Positions 13,458 to 27,502 of a DNA stretch of 64,000 nucleotides are shown in pieces. The notes under the pieces were generated by a model that had not been told where the DNA came from, ran no database searches, and saw only the letters and a list, made by a program, of their open reading frames with translations. How positions within the stretch are numbered: the stretch's first letter is position 1; each line of letters starts with the position of its first letter. Origin of the DNA: Klebsormidium nitens (Eukaryota; Plantae; Klebsormidiophyceae); the NCBI GenBank assembly GCA_000708835.1, contig DF237077.1:1-64000 (forward strand). Direction: 5' to 3'. The position numbers and the translations under genes are program-made.

Positions 13458-13701
13458 ACAGCTGTTTGCGTCAAAATTGCCATCGCGGCGTCGATCAAAA
13501 GTTTTCAGTCCCCGATCATGAACTCGCAAGTCTGGTGCAAGTCTGGTTCCAGATCCTGAAAGGCTGCGTCATCCAATCCTGCACTCGCACGGCTGCAATC
13601 TCCGAGTTGACGTGACACTGCCGCAGGCTTTCAGGATCAGGAACCGGACTCGCAAGTCACTTTCGATCGATGCCGCGATGGCAAGGGACGCAAACAGCTG
13701 T
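13458..13701. mobile_element. ~244 bp fold-back element (MITE-like or long hairpin) downstream of the VPS50 stop
   Basis: Outer arms acagctgtttgcgtc..ttgccatcgcggcgtcgatcaaaagt and actttcgatcgatgccgcgatggcaa..gacgcaaacagctgt. Inner arms agtctggttccagatcctgaaaggctgcg and cgcaggctttcaggatcaggaaccggact. The left end is TA|CAGCTG and the right end is CAGCTG|TT, an imperfect TA target duplication. Confidence 0.55.
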
Positions 13702-15858
13702 TTCTAACATTGCATACGGAATCGAAGGATATACTGGAAGCCACCACCACAAACTCGATGATCGCGTTTTCGCAAGTGATCCGACATTCGGACGTGGTGC
13801 CTCTGAGTGACTCTAGTCTCTACCATTCTCCGATCATCTGGAAGTTTGCGGGTGCACGGGCTCAGTCAAACATACTGATAACTTTCCATGGCGATGGCTG
13901 ATGGACACCATCCCAAGTAGCGTACACGGACGGGTGACACACTATGCCTCGAATTTGTCGCTTCATCGAGTTGGAAGATCAATTACAGCAATGGGAGCGC
14001 GCCAAACGGGAGCATTTGTGGCGACGTCGGAGGCCCAACCCCTGTGCCTCGCTTAGTTGCCGTCATTACTTAAATGACTGAGAAACAATTGATGGTCCAG
14101 GTCCTAGGTCGAGCTTGCACCTCAAAGCGGCCAGATCCTCGTACTAAAAGTAAGCCTCCAAAGTCAGGACATTGATCCCTCCAGGCCAATCCAGGCTTTT
14201 TGGAGGCCACGTTTTGTTTTGTATTCTTTCGAGCTAAGATGAACAGCATTGCTGAAAGTACCGGTAATCCTTTAACAAGATCGAAGAGCACTCAATCAAA
14301 TACTCTAGCAGAAAACGCACATGCAACAAATGTCCGTTTTCTCTAGTGGTCTTGGACTAACAGTGAATGGCATTCATAACCATACCAGAACCACCTTGAG
14401 TGTCTGAGAACTTGTCCTCCGGCGCTAGCCTCTGGCCCACTGAGGTGGGTCCTTTAATACCTATGGAGGACGAGACCGTACTCCTCTATTATGACGTCGC
14501 ATGCGCAGAGCTCTCACTCCGGGCATCTTTTGCCATAAGAACGGCCGGTACGGTCCTCCGGGGCTCCTAAGTGTTGGCCCCGGGCCTTCTGGCTGTGCCT
14601 AGTACCTACCCTGGTTACCTAGCCAGGTAGGCTGCATTTTGAACCGGGCCGCCACGATCACGCATGCAGGGCCGGGTGGGCCCGGGTGGGCGGCGTAGTC
14701 TGGCGAGGGCAACACTGCGCGCGCGTGGGAGCTGAAATTCGTTAGTTCCCGTGAACTTTTCAATACAGGCTTCAACCGTCGATTCGGACATTCTGAAAAC
14801 TCTCGGGCGCGATTGCTGAAGTCGGTTGTTTGATGGAGCCCCTTCCGACCTTTATACCTACTGCAGCCAGTATGGAAGGTATCAGCCCAGCCTAGGACTA
14901 ATAAGAGTATGAAGCAGCAACAGTCATAGGAACCCTGAAGAGGCTACCGTACTGAAAGAGAGTACCTTAAAGATGTAGTAACCATGCGCCGCTGCGCCTT
15001 GCCAGGCAATGGTCAGCGCAGTTTCCGGGCTGGTCAGCTCTGGTCACCGCTGTTGCAGACTCCCAAAGCTTCTACCTAATTGCATAAAGTGTACTGAACT
15101 AGCCCAGTATCATTAAGCGAAATACCGTACCGTACTTGGGTTGTGGAGCATATGTACGCTCAGGCTCAGAGCACTGAGCAGCCCGTCAAATGCCTGAGAC
15201 CGATTCGAAAGTTCGGCAGTGAAAAAAGCGTGCGTGGCTCCAGCTGTCCAAAGTGCATTGGCCAATCGTCGTGGCAGCCCAACGCAGCTGCCGGCAGCGA
15301 TGCCTGTGGAAGTAGGTACACTCGCAGATCGACCTACCTCTCATTATGATTTTGTCCTTTTTGGAATCAATTATCACATGGAAAAGCAAGTACTGGCACG
15401 GCTGGTGTTGACATGGCTTAGTCCTGATATTCGTAAAGCGCTTTTCATCGCCCAACCAGCCTGTTGCCGTAATGCCGAGCAATCCATTGGGCCAAACCAT
15501 ATGATATCTCGTTGGCGTGATGATTGCGCCTTCTTGGGAAGGTGTCGAAGGTTGGGTTGTTCGTGCGTCTCCCCTACTGCTGGAGCAAACAAAACCAAGA
15601 GCACAAGGGGCTGTTCCTTGAATATCTGGTGACGAGATGACTGTATGGTGGTTGGGCTTTGCCTAAGCGGCACGGCATTGATGGGAACATCTGCACTCCG
15701 TTGGCGCAGTGATCCGATCTGGCGTAACGTTCCGCAAAGGCCCTCCCCGCAGGGGCCTTTGAAGCGGGAATGTCGCACAATGCCAGAAGGCTGATGTCAA
15801 AAGTGTGAACGAACGTTGCTTCTTTGGTCGTGCAAAACGTGCTTGATGTGGAATCACT

Positions 15859-18800
15859 ATGGCCGAGGCATTAGACGCGTCTCCCCGATCCAAGGCGGGC
15901 TGGTTGGCACGACTGGTCAAGAGAGGGGCAGGGGCAGCTGCCACAAGCAGCCAGGCCCTTCCCCCCCTAGAGCAAAAGGCGTCGCCAAAGGGATCCAAGA
16001 AGGATTCAGTCAGGTGAGGCAATGCCACGGGGGCGCAACCCATAGCAGGCAATAGGCACTTCACAACAGACATGCATGCGAGCATGTGATTGGAGAGGAC
16101 ATCCAAATATTGGGGATATACTGAGCGCACCCTGCATTCCCAAAGCCGTAGTTATACAAAGCACAATACTTGTTTCAGCAACTCGCGGCGAGAATGCTAC
16201 GTGCCTCCAACGGGCAGAGAGAACTTTGACCCACTGAGTCTCTCGTTCTGCCTCTCTATGAATGGATATTGAGGGTGGGACGTCCTGTCTGACCGATGTG
16301 CAGCGGAGTGGCTGACATTCGGGCAGGCAGTTTCACGTCCACCGCGGGCGGGTTGGCAGACAAGCAAGCGCCAGCCAAGCAGGCAGCCAAGCAGCAATTG
16401 AGGAGCACCAAGTCTATGACCTCAGGAGCATCTGTGAGTTGTCCAGGCTCGCAATGTCTTGCAAACCTTCTGAGCCGGCATTAGACGTCATAACCCAGTA
16501 TCTTCCGTGCAAAAAGATAGGGTCATAGATCTAGGGAAGGAAGAGGGATCTTGAAATGAACCTGTCTAGATGGAGCGTGATCATAGCAGTAGTGAGCAGG
16601 CGAAACGTGCCCTCCATCTCATGGATCTAACCCTGCTTTTCTAGATGAGACCTGTACCTCAACGTTGGAAGCTGGGTAGCACGAAATCCTGCTGGCAAGC
16701 TGCCCAGTTCGTTTCTTACTTGTGCACGTTGCACAATTGCTGCAGGGGGGTATGCTGGGCGACTGTGCAAGTGGGTCATGGCACAGCATCACCGAATTCG
16801 CGAGCAGAAAGGAGATTGGGCGAGGCCGGTACGTACAAGTTATTTTTTTTTCTGTTCAAGTGACATCACGTCTAAAGCATCAAACCTGATGCCTTTCAAC
16901 TGAGACATGGATAGCAAACGCAAAATGCACAATTGCCCAGAGGCCGCTAGGGTCAGTTCTCGACAACGCCAACTCTATGGCGTGGATCCAATCGCCAAGC
17001 AGAAGCACGACCTTAGAGTTAGTTTTGCTGACGTCATCGTGGGAATGTGGTGCAGAAACTGCATCATCCTGTCTGCGGTGTGCACCAAGACCAAGATGAA
17101 GGTGGCCATCAAGGCGTATGACAAGAAGCAGCTGACGCCCAACAGCCAGACACACATTAAACGCGAGGCCACCCTGCTCAAGCCCATCAAGTGAGCGCCA
17201 GCGTCTTCCCTGCCAACCCAACTGGCGGAGGTCGTTGTCTGGCATATGACGAGCTGCAATTCAACGAGTGTGTGGCAATCGAGAGGGTTGAATCAGAGGA
17301 GTCGGCAAGGGGAGCACTTCGCCAAGTTGTGTAACCTCGAGAGAGTTTGCATCTAGTCATTTGTTCACAGAGTCTGGCGCCTTGCTTGGGAATTTTCCGA
17401 CTTCCTTCCCTCCTTTAACGGTTACTTTGTTGTTAGGGCCTGCATTCCTGGAAACCGAGCCTTCCGTCTTTCCCTGCGGCATCCGCACGTTGCTTCGCCT
17501 ATTCTCGAACGTCCGTTTGCGTGGCAGCGAGTTCCGAGGTCTGCTTAGGAGTTACTCAGTCATTTCCCGCCTCCCACCCGCAGGCACCCGTCGATCTGCC
17601 AATTCTACGGGGCCTTCGAGGACGCGACGTTCATCTACATCGTGATGGAGCTGTGCAGCCGTGGCGATCTGATGGAGATGCTGGTCGGCGAGTACGGCGT
17701 CGGGAAGCTGTCCGAAGAGCGCGCCGTCCAAATGGTCATGGTCCCGCTGCTCTCCGCGCTCAAGGCCAGCCACGCGCTCGGGGTCGTGCACAGGTGAGCG
17801 CGCGCGCGCGTGGATGGACCCCAGTCAACTTGGGAACGTGAAGTTGCATCAGTTACAACTTCAGGTTTAGAGCATGCTGAGTCTAGTGCGCTTGAACAGG
17901 GATGACGTCTAGATGTAGGGGATGACGTTGACATGAAGGAAATGACGTCTACATTGAGCAGAATGGCTGCGGCTTCGCGGAGCAAACGAGGCGCTTCTCT
18001 TCCCACGGATTGACCATTTGGTTTCAAAACTATTGATAAAGAAAGATCGTAAAATAATGCGACGACAGACTGGCCGTTAAGCAGAAGAGTCCTTTTCCTC
18101 TTCAGTAACGCAAGGTGAAAACCACCCCTCAACACGAAGGCGGACAGCTACGACACAAGTCGTAAAGCATCAGAACATACAACTGCAGGGACATCAAGCC
18201 GGAGAACTTGTTTTTAGACTCGGAGGGCAACGTGAAGCTGGGCGACTTCGGGCTGGCGATCGACCAGAGCAAGGAGCGGCCCAAGAGCCGCATCGGCACG
18301 CTGGACTACATGGCGCCCGAGATCTTCCTCAAGTCGTGGCAGTACGAACAGTTCGGCAGCTCCGACCCGAGCGCCAAGTACGACGAAATGGTGGACATCT
18401 GGTGAGGTTCGGCGCGGCGCCTTTTTGTCGCCCTTTGAGCGTGCCTTTTTGCGGTCCGTCTGAGCGCTCTGCTTTGTATCACAGTTTAGGGTGACCTCTT
18501 CGATATCATAGGCTAATCTTGTGTCTCAAGTAAAGCACAAGAAGCCCCGGAGTTCCTCATAGCATCTGTTAGAACCAGACTTTGCCGCAGGTGCAGGAGA
18601 CACTCGCCGCAGGAAGAATTCAAGCAGAACTCTAATAGTTGTGCTCAGGAGCGGTGAAGAATCTCGACTGCTTCAATTCTCCGAACTATTCAGACAGCTT
18701 CGATGAAGAATCGTCCAGTAAGCCTTCGTCTCTTTGCAGGGCATGCGGCGTGCTGGCGTATGAGGTGACGGCGGGCGAGGCCCCGTTCGACGCGGCGAAG

Positions 18801-20976
18801 CACGGCAAAGAGACGCGCGAGCTGATCCTGTACCACGAGGTGCCCATCAAGGGCAAGGCCTTCCCGCCGGGGGCCAGCAAGGAGTGGCTCGACTTCATCA
18901 AGATCGTAAGAGGCGCTCGCTCTGACATGACCCTTTTCCGACTGTACAACTTCTTGGAAGGGATGACTTCAACCAGATTAAGAGCTGAATGACATTGAAA
19001 AGGAGAAACGCGACCGCTGTTTTTGCCAATCTGAATGTGGAAAAACAGAACCTCTCAGAAAACGGGTCTAGAGAACCTACTCTCCAAGACCGACACCTGC
19101 GTGTAATATCATCTTTGCACAACCAAAAAGTCCAACCCGAGTCGAGCACCAGCACGCTCGAAGTTCTGTTGAGTCGTCTGCAACCGTCTACCTTCATGCT
19201 CACACTAAACTAACACTCGCCTCCCGCCTTCGTCCTCCAGACATTGCAGAAGAAGCCCGAGCTGCGCCGTTCCGCAGAGGAGTTGCTGCACCACCCGTGG
19301 ATCTTGAAGCACTCCAAGAGCGCGGCGCCCGCCGCGCCGCCGCCGCGGCCGCTCGTGCTGGACCCTATTGCGAGCAGCCCACCGTCCAGCCAGCCCTCCA
19401 GCCCGACCGCCGCGGCCGCGTCCGCGGCTGCGAGCGCACCCACCAGCCCGAGCACGCCCTCCGCGGCGCACTCGGTGTCGCGCTTTGCCAAGGAGTCAGT
19501 TGGTGAGCAAACGGGCTCTTTACTAGAGGAGATTGCGACAAATCCTGCGAATATTCCGCCCGCCACTTCTTTCGTCGCAACTGTGTCAAATGCGACTGAG
19601 CATAACTTTAGGGCCACAACGAACAGTACTATTCGTTCAGCGAGGGAACGTATCGACGGGCATGCCGATCAAGTCATCCGCGGAAGTGCTTTTGGAACAG
19701 GGAAAGACAGCCGTAGACATCTGGTCAACGACAGTTCTATGATATCCCACAAAGGATCTGTTGACAAGAAGATTGCCCCAGTCGCAAACGTGTGCGGTTT
19801 CTTTGCGTGCAGGGACGACGTCGTTGAATGGCCGGTCGACGAAGCCGTCCGTTTTGAGCATCAGCATCGAGTCCGAGGACGCTAGCCGCGACAGCGGCGG
19901 CAGCCAGCCGGGGAGCCCTCTCAGCAGCGGACCCAGCAGCCCCCTCGGCAGCCCACTCGGCAGCCAAAAGGCGCGCAAGAGCGCGCTCGGCCGAGTCAAG
20001 GTGAGCGCAGAACGAGGGATACCCGTTTTTTCTTTTCCTCGTACACCTTGAGAGTCTCTGCTCCAATATTTAACGCTTCTTCTCGGACCCTCTCTTAAAA
20101 GTTGCGGTCGCACTTTGCGCCACAAGCTTTTGCCTTCAGTTTGACGTGGATACTTGGTAAGCGGGCTTCTGTTCCTGAGGTCGTCAAAGATCCTTTTTCT
20201 GGTCTCCAGATTCCCATTCAACTCAGGGTGGAGTACATTTGGTCACCCTAAGCAAGGATTAGGTCAAGTCTGCTATTTCCTGTACCTGCCAAAGGGCGCG
20301 TTCTTATAGTCATCGAAGCCCATCATACTTGAGGTGTCCCCTTTTTGTGACACGTGTCTTCTGGCTTGTTGCAGACGGCCAACCTGGACATGACGCCCAA
20401 GTTCCAGCCCTCCACGCCCACCCAGATTAACACGCAACGCGGCAACAGTCAGTTCTCTGCCTTTGACAAGGCGCTCGAGCAGGCAGAAAAGTGAGCGGCC
20501 CTCTCGCTCCTCCTGTTTCCGAGCCTCCCTCATCTCCCGAGAACATGATGCTTTCAGCAGTGAGGTCACTGTTTTCAAGATGCTTCTTCTTTGTGATCCT
20601 TTCCGTCTTCTGAAACTTTTCTCACAAGTATGAGCGTCAAACAAGGAAATCGCATATGCGTTGTCTAGCTCTCCTCTGGGTGCCTGGTTTTCACGAGATA
20701 AAGTCTCGCGAAGGGAAGATTCAGGCACGAATGGCGGCTCATCCACGGAATCTGGTTGAAGCCCAACATTCTCAACGATCTTGCAACGGCTAAGATTGCG
20801 CGGATGGTGCAGGCCGTGGGCGATTGACGGCAACGACTCGCCCGTGAGTTCGCTGCCCAACAGCCCCGTGACCAAGGTCCGGAAAGAGCCCCCCCACTGG
20901 CAACGGAGCTCGTGGAACGGCGACAAGGCTGCCGACGAATAGCATGCTCACCCGAGCACTTGCATCAAGCATTTAA
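15859..20976 (+). CDS. Aurora-like Ser/Thr protein kinase with long Ser/Pro-rich C-terminal tail, multi-exon
   Basis: Exons give [18 protein letters not shown]|[51 protein letters not shown]|[33 protein letters not shown]|[13 protein letters not shown] and [13 protein letters not shown]. Start and end exons are inferred from splice phase and are less certain. Confidence 0.85.
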
Positions 20977-22449
20977 TGCGAAGTCTGTTAAGTTTGGGTA
21001 CGGACAGAATTGATTATTAGGTATAGTGGGTCCTAGGCTTAGACAGCTGGCACAGGCTTAAACGCCGGCACAGCGCGGCGCTTTCAGGTGTTGCACGAGC
21101 AGAAAGCGCGCGCCGCGTCTCTGTGGGGGATCCCTCGTGTTGATTGCATTAGGTACAGTCTGCCTCGTAGCATTATCAATAAGGCCGTGTTGATGGTGCG
21201 TACCGGTTTGCGCGTACTGAGTAGCGGTGGTTCTTACATGGCCGCGCCTGTCAGGACCAATATTTGACTTCCGTTTCAGGGGCCAGGCTAGCAGGTCCAA
21301 AGCATTCTAGATAGACCGCGATCAGCGCGATATGGTTGAGATAGCGCGGGCAGCGAAAGTCTGTGACGCAGGCAGCGTCCGCTATTGATTAAAAACGAAC
21401 CGATAGCCTGCATTGGGCCGTCTAGCTCGTACGTTGTGTTTCCCTCCAATTGCAGAGAGCTGCAGTGTTTTACCGTTCCTTCTGGGTTTCGCAATCAATA
21501 TTGATCTTCCTGCTTTGAGTAGGTTAGATTCGATGCGACCAAAATGCATATACAGGTGTCCTCGTCCAGGCGGCCAATTAGACAACTTTCACAGTTGAGT
21601 GAGAACCATCGCCAGCAAAGCCCGCTCAGCGACAGGACATGTGTTCGTATGCAAGGTGTTCCTCTTAGATATCAGGCCGTCAAACTATGGGAGCAGATGG
21701 GGGAAGTCGGCCGCAGGATCGCGTAGAATAGTTACAGTGCAGAGTTTGCGAGTTACAACAGCTACTCGATCAGCTGCATGCTCCGTATGTCCCAAACTCA
21801 ATCAAACCAAACTTCCTCAAGTCTATAACGCAGCTGTTAGTACGTCCATAAAGACGACATTTACTAGCTGCATGGATCGTTGCGATAAGTACGCGGCCCG
21901 CGAGCCGACATGGCACATATCGCGTCAATTTTCGATCCGGCTATGTGCTTCAATGTACCTTTATTTGACGTGATTGCAAAAATTTGCATTAAGTAGCTAT
22001 GAACCATGGGCCACCATCTTATAAGTGGTATATAAGGAGACACGCACATACAGTTGCATGCGGCCCGTGCCAAGATTCGCTTCGTCCATGATCAGGCCTC
22101 GATCGAATTACAAGCAACTTGTTTGCTGCAATCTGGTGTCAAGACACGAGGCTGATCATTCGTCAACTAGGCTCGCCTCGCTGTACCAGTGCCTACATGG
22201 TCGAATGGTATGCTGGCAGGGGGTGTTGGTGCACGTACGATCTGCATAGACCATTTTTGCTAAGTCGGTCCGTCCTTCGATCCATAGCTATACATACTCG
22301 TCGCTGTGATCGAACATCAATTCGAACCCGCTGAAGCATAGCTTTATATCAAGCCAAGGTGTCCTAACTCGTACGCTTCATGCAGAATCGAGTCGGGCCC
22401 ACCGTATCCTCTGATTTCCAATTTGGAAACACCAAAGCCAACGACCTCT

Positions 22450-25400
22450 TCATTTTAGGAGCTTGTCCGAGTCCACAACTTCAATGGGCTCTGGAACAGC
22501 CTCCTCCATCCCTGCTCGATCTTTATAATCCAGAACCGCGCGGAACTCGCCCCGCTGAACGGCCGCAAGTGATCCTCCGCAGAGCACCGCCGGAACCAGG
22601 TACAGCAGGGCGGGCTGGGCAGCACCGGAGAAGCTGTTGGCAACTGCAAGCAGAGCGAGAAAACGGCAATCAATCTCTTGAACAAAAAGGTGACCGTGGC
22701 AGCTGAATGAGCATTCTGACAAAGTGCGCTTCGAAAGGGAGCAAGCCATGCCACGGACGTCCGCCGGTACAAGGCGCAAACAATGTCGACTGAGATGCCA
22801 TCCAACAGGTGACAGCTACAACCGCACTCTTTCACTTAGCCACTCGTATCCGATCATCCCCACGTGTCAACATCGATGTCATCAGAACACCAGATCAAAG
22901 ACTCGATGTCGAGCGACAGGAAAGAAGCAAACCGCAGCCAACAAGGGTACAACGCCTTCTCACCAAAAGTTACGCCGAGTCCCACGCAATACGCAGCGAG
23001 GCACGTCCGGAAGTAGGTCTTATCGTCAATGCTGTCGAGCCACTCCCACCCGGAGGCCCCCTCCCGGTTGCTCGTACTAGCCTCACCGGTCCCCTCGTTT
23101 GAGTTCGAATTTCGATACCGGTCGAAGCGAAGGGCGAGCGCGATAAGCAGGCCGGGCACTGTTATGTCGCCCAGGCCGAGGATGGTAAAGCCGCGCCCCG
23201 AGGGCCCGGGGTTGAGCACCGGGAATTGGAGCATCATGGGGCTGCTCAGGAACGACTTGGATGTCGCGACCTGCACCAAGAAAGGGGCCCCGTCAAAGTT
23301 CGCGTCGAGGTAGGGTGGTCAAAGCTCGGGCCCGTTAGATGCAAAATTAACATGTTGCAGCGCCAGTCTGCGTTGCTTTAGGTGCGAACTTTACGGGATT
23401 TCGACGACGCACTGTACTCCCAGCCTTTACGGAACGTAATGAAAACCCCGTCGAAAACAACATGTTGTCCCTGCATTTAAGGCCCCCGAGCTGAGGTGCC
23501 GGGAAGAGTGGTACCCGAAGCAGAAGAGAGACAGTGACGGACGAGAGACTTTGTCGGAAAAGAAGCGGCATCAGATGTCAGCAAAGTCGTCAACCTAGGA
23601 CAGCGGTGACGCTCTAGAGCGACTGTGCCATACGTAGCCCTATCAAACAAGAAACAGATTCGGAGAGAAACAAAAGTACACGCATCGATCTGCATCAAGG
23701 CGCTTCACTGCCAGGTGCGCGGAAGCTTCAAAACTATAGCCGGTGACAGTAGGGCTTCAATGGTTATTTTCTAGAGATTCGGAAAGCACAAATTGTACTA
23801 GGGCCGATCGTTGGATCTTTCTTCATGAGAGCGAAGTGCGCGGTGAACGCAGGAAGCAGTCAAGAGAAGGTCAAAGAAACCCCTTTGAGCAGTTCTCTCT
23901 AAAGACCGCCTGCGAGGTGCGAGTGAAAATGACCGTCTCGCCTTGAGTTCACTCAACGCTGTCCTCGGACACAAGTGTGTTTTTCAGCATCCGCTCAATC
24001 TGAGTTCGCTTAGCCATAGATGCAGTTCTTTCTTTCGCACTGGTCAACGTTTCAAGTTCTGAATGGCTTCGCTTCCTTTGCTGACGCAGGGCTTTGCAAA
24101 TTCGACATTAAGAGCAGCTGGCAGACTGCTCCACGGAATGGGACTGCAACTGCTTTTCACGTCACAAGCGATGTCTCCGTTGGTCATTGCCTTCTCGAAG
24201 ATGCATGGTTCGATTCTGAAAGCTGGAAGCTTTCGAATTCAAGAGCTCACCGTCACCATGACATTGTCGCCGATCACTGACGGCGAACCGAACACCCAAA
24301 ACACGTCGTAACATAGGAGGCCGGCCAGCAATGCGGCCGCCGTCACGAAACTGCAGAAAGGTGGCGCGGGAAAAGTTTAAGAACGGGCGAGTCTATGTGC
24401 ACCCTCTAAAAATACTGCTTCAGTAGCAATGTTCTAAGGAGTCGAGATGAAAATGCTGATTGCGATGTGCAAGGCCCGCCTGATTCCCGACAGGATCGAA
24501 CGAGAACAGAAATGTCACTTTGTCAAGACCCCTGACTATTGACAACCTAGAAACGAAGCTTCTTTGCAAATCAAAACAGCCTTCGAGTCGTGCCTGTGCA
24601 GCCTGTGCAGGCAGTCCTTTGAGTCGAGATCCAGATTATGGAACTTCGAGCTACGATCCCCATCAAACAAAAGTCCGTTTTCCCTGAAGCTTACCTTCCG
24701 AGGGAGAGTGTCTGCAGGAGCTCAGAGACCAAGCATATGGCTATGAAGTTGTTGACACTGTACGGCGCGTCCGGAAACACGTTGATGACCGAGATTACAA
24801 TCCCAATCGCCGCTGCTAGAAAGTCCGTCGCTCGGACATCTGAGGTCACGGCCTCGCCTTGGTCTTGGATCAGCCACTTTGGGAAGGCTGGCAACAGGGG
24901 AAAGAACAAACAGCTCAGCCTTCAGTACTCTGAGCTCTGGACAAAAAATGAATGGTTAGACCTTGACAACAAGATGAAAGGGTAGACCTCGCTTTTTCGG
25001 ATCTTTCGTTTGCAGCGGCCACGTGTCGGATGCTGGCAAGGGACGGGGGAAGTCAGAAGCGCTGTCAAAAGATGGCTCTCATCGAACGCAGACCTGACAT
25101 GAAATTGACGCCTGGCAATACAGGACCTGATTTGAATTTAGTTGGCCTGTGCTTTGACTTATCTAAGATCCCAGAGTCTCCGCTATCGAAGCCTTGGGCC
25201 TCTCTCCACTGCTCCTCCTCACAGTAAACCCCGACTGCCGTTAAGAATCCCAGCAAAGAACCAGCGCTACTTCATGATCGGATCCTCTGGGGGATTGATA
25301 AAACGGGCACGAGTCTGATGCCTCACTTATGCTCGTCTTGATGGCGGCTAGTGGTTGCAAGAGTCGTGCGAGCGGCTCGCCAACGTTGCTCCCAACCGCG

Positions 25401-26874
25401 ATCGTCCCCACGAGAAACAGGTAGCTCTTAAGAACCACTTTTAGGTCCAGGTCCGGGAAGTATTTGAGTAGACACCAGAACCCAAACAGCACCGCCGATG
25501 AGAAGAACGGTACCGCAAAGCTGTTTTTTAACGTCATCTTGCTCGGGAGCTGGCCCTTCAGACTGCAGGCAGGGGAGAAAGCAGGGCAGGGTGAGCGCTT
25601 TCTTGCAGTTCTATGCCTGCGGTTCCACAGATCTGACATAGCTGATTGTAGATCTTATGTGACTAAGATCAAAGTAATTGCAGATTACGAATACGACAGT
25701 GAATGACCACAGCGGACACGCTTGTGAAACACTGCATTCCTCGTGCCTCCCCACATGATTTCAATGGGAGTTGTTTGGCCCACCTTCTGTGGCTGCCAAC
25801 ATAGATGGTCAGCGATGCGATGATGGTCATGTAGAGCTGCCCGGAGAACTCAAACTTGGGGGCCACTGGCACCAGTGCGGTGGCCAGGCAAAGGGACACG
25901 AATGCAATCTGCAATAGAAAGGAGGTATTGGGATTTCCTTTGATCTTGACTTTACGGCCCTCACTTTTCCCTTTGGTTGCATGAGAAACAATTTGTCGGG
26001 TATAACCACAATCATTCGAAAAGCGTTCGATAGGTGGTAAACCATTCTAAGGAGGGGCTCTACTTGCAACAGGCAAGGGGAACACGCATGTGGAGCCCAG
26101 TCACATGGCATTCTGTTGATGAATCAAGAGCTTGGAAGCAGACAGGAAACTCGCTTCTAAACCCTAATACCCCCAAAGCTAGACATGGTTACTGAAGTAA
26201 GTTATGGGGATTCTGATTGAAACACGCATTTGTGGCACTATTCTGCAACCTGGCAGACTGCAGCAAAAAGTCAGAACCTTTTTAGCAAAAGTAGGAGGTT
26301 CAACTTGGGGGGGAGAAACGGCTGTTACCTGAAAAGCGCTTCCTTCCAGCCATCCCTCAGTTATAATCTTCTCCTTCTCCTTGCCCTGCTCGCTCAATGC
26401 ACTGCCCTCTGATGAGGCTACCTCGTCTACCCCCTCACCTAATGCACAACACTTGAAGGCACGTGAAGCTCGCTTATTTACATTGTCGCCAGCACTGACA
26501 AGAAAACCCTGCTTTAACTGCACGAACGACCTATTTTGTGAAGACCGGAGCAACGCCGTACCAACCTCGCAATCATCCCGTGACGCTGAAAGAATGTGGC
26601 TGCCAATAGGCAAGGTTCTATTTATGTACACACCTTTACCAGCCGGTGGACCAAAGTACGTACTTGCACCATGCAAGGACCTCAACCTGCTACAATCTGC
26701 TTGCATGTTAAGCACTGACGGATTTCGAAGATGCAGAGAGGCGCATGCTGTAGAAGATCTCTCCAGCCCGCTTGCAGGGCTAAAGCGCTGACCGAACCTG
26801 GGGGTCTTGTTGATGGACCCATCAAGCAGACTTCCAACACTAGGAAGGACACATGCTGAAATGCTGGCCTGCAT
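22450..26874 (-). CDS. Signal peptide peptidase family (A22B, GxGD aspartic intramembrane protease) with ~180-aa N-terminal extension
   Basis: Catalytic YDVFWVFGS exon (~24260-24350), ILGLGDITVPG (23150-23200) and QPALLYLVP (~22600), plus TM exons IIASLTIYVGSH, AVPFFSSAVLFGFWCLLKY and VNNFIAICL. Stop at 22450-22452. Confidence 0.85.
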
Positions 26875-27502
26875 TTTAGCCTCAAAAACGGGTGCCTGCC
26901 AATACTTTTTTGGAGTATGCAGGGGGGCGATCAGTTGCTGCTGCTTGAAAACGTAGCGTGGTGGAAAGCAGGAGAAGATGGGGAGGACAAAACGAGATAA
27001 GCTCTGGCTGGGCGCACTTCACTAGAATGCTGGAAAAAGCACAGAACTTCTCAGCACTTCATCTCTGTGCCCCTGGGCCTAGCTGTGCTCTGGATTTTGA
27101 GTAGACCTGTTGGCCTGAATCTCAGTTCAGTCGGCGGACACCTGCGGACGATCCATCGCCGCAAAAGTGGTCATCTGGACGCTGACTGAGGTCCAAATGG
27201 GCACTCCCCCGCAACGAGAGCCGTCCGATGGATTGCATTGTGCAGCCTCGAGGCAGCTGCCGTACTCTGACACAGCAGGGCCCAAGACTCAAGAGAGATG
27301 TTCCATTCTTTTCTGAATGCCAGCTCAAGAGTAACCCTGCACTGGCAGCTCGCTGGCACGGTGGTCCCTTCATTCTTCTGCTTGCAGCAGCACTCTAAGA
27401 TCTGGGCATTCTTTCATTCACCCAGCGCAAAGGATGCCATTCCACCACTAGGCATAAGCCGCTTATCGAAGGCCTGGGCCGGAGTTAGAGCTCAGGAGCT
27501 CG

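Noticed and set aside
17900-17955. Three atgacgt motifs at ~21-bp spacing in a kinase intron
   Set aside because: Too short and degenerate to support function.
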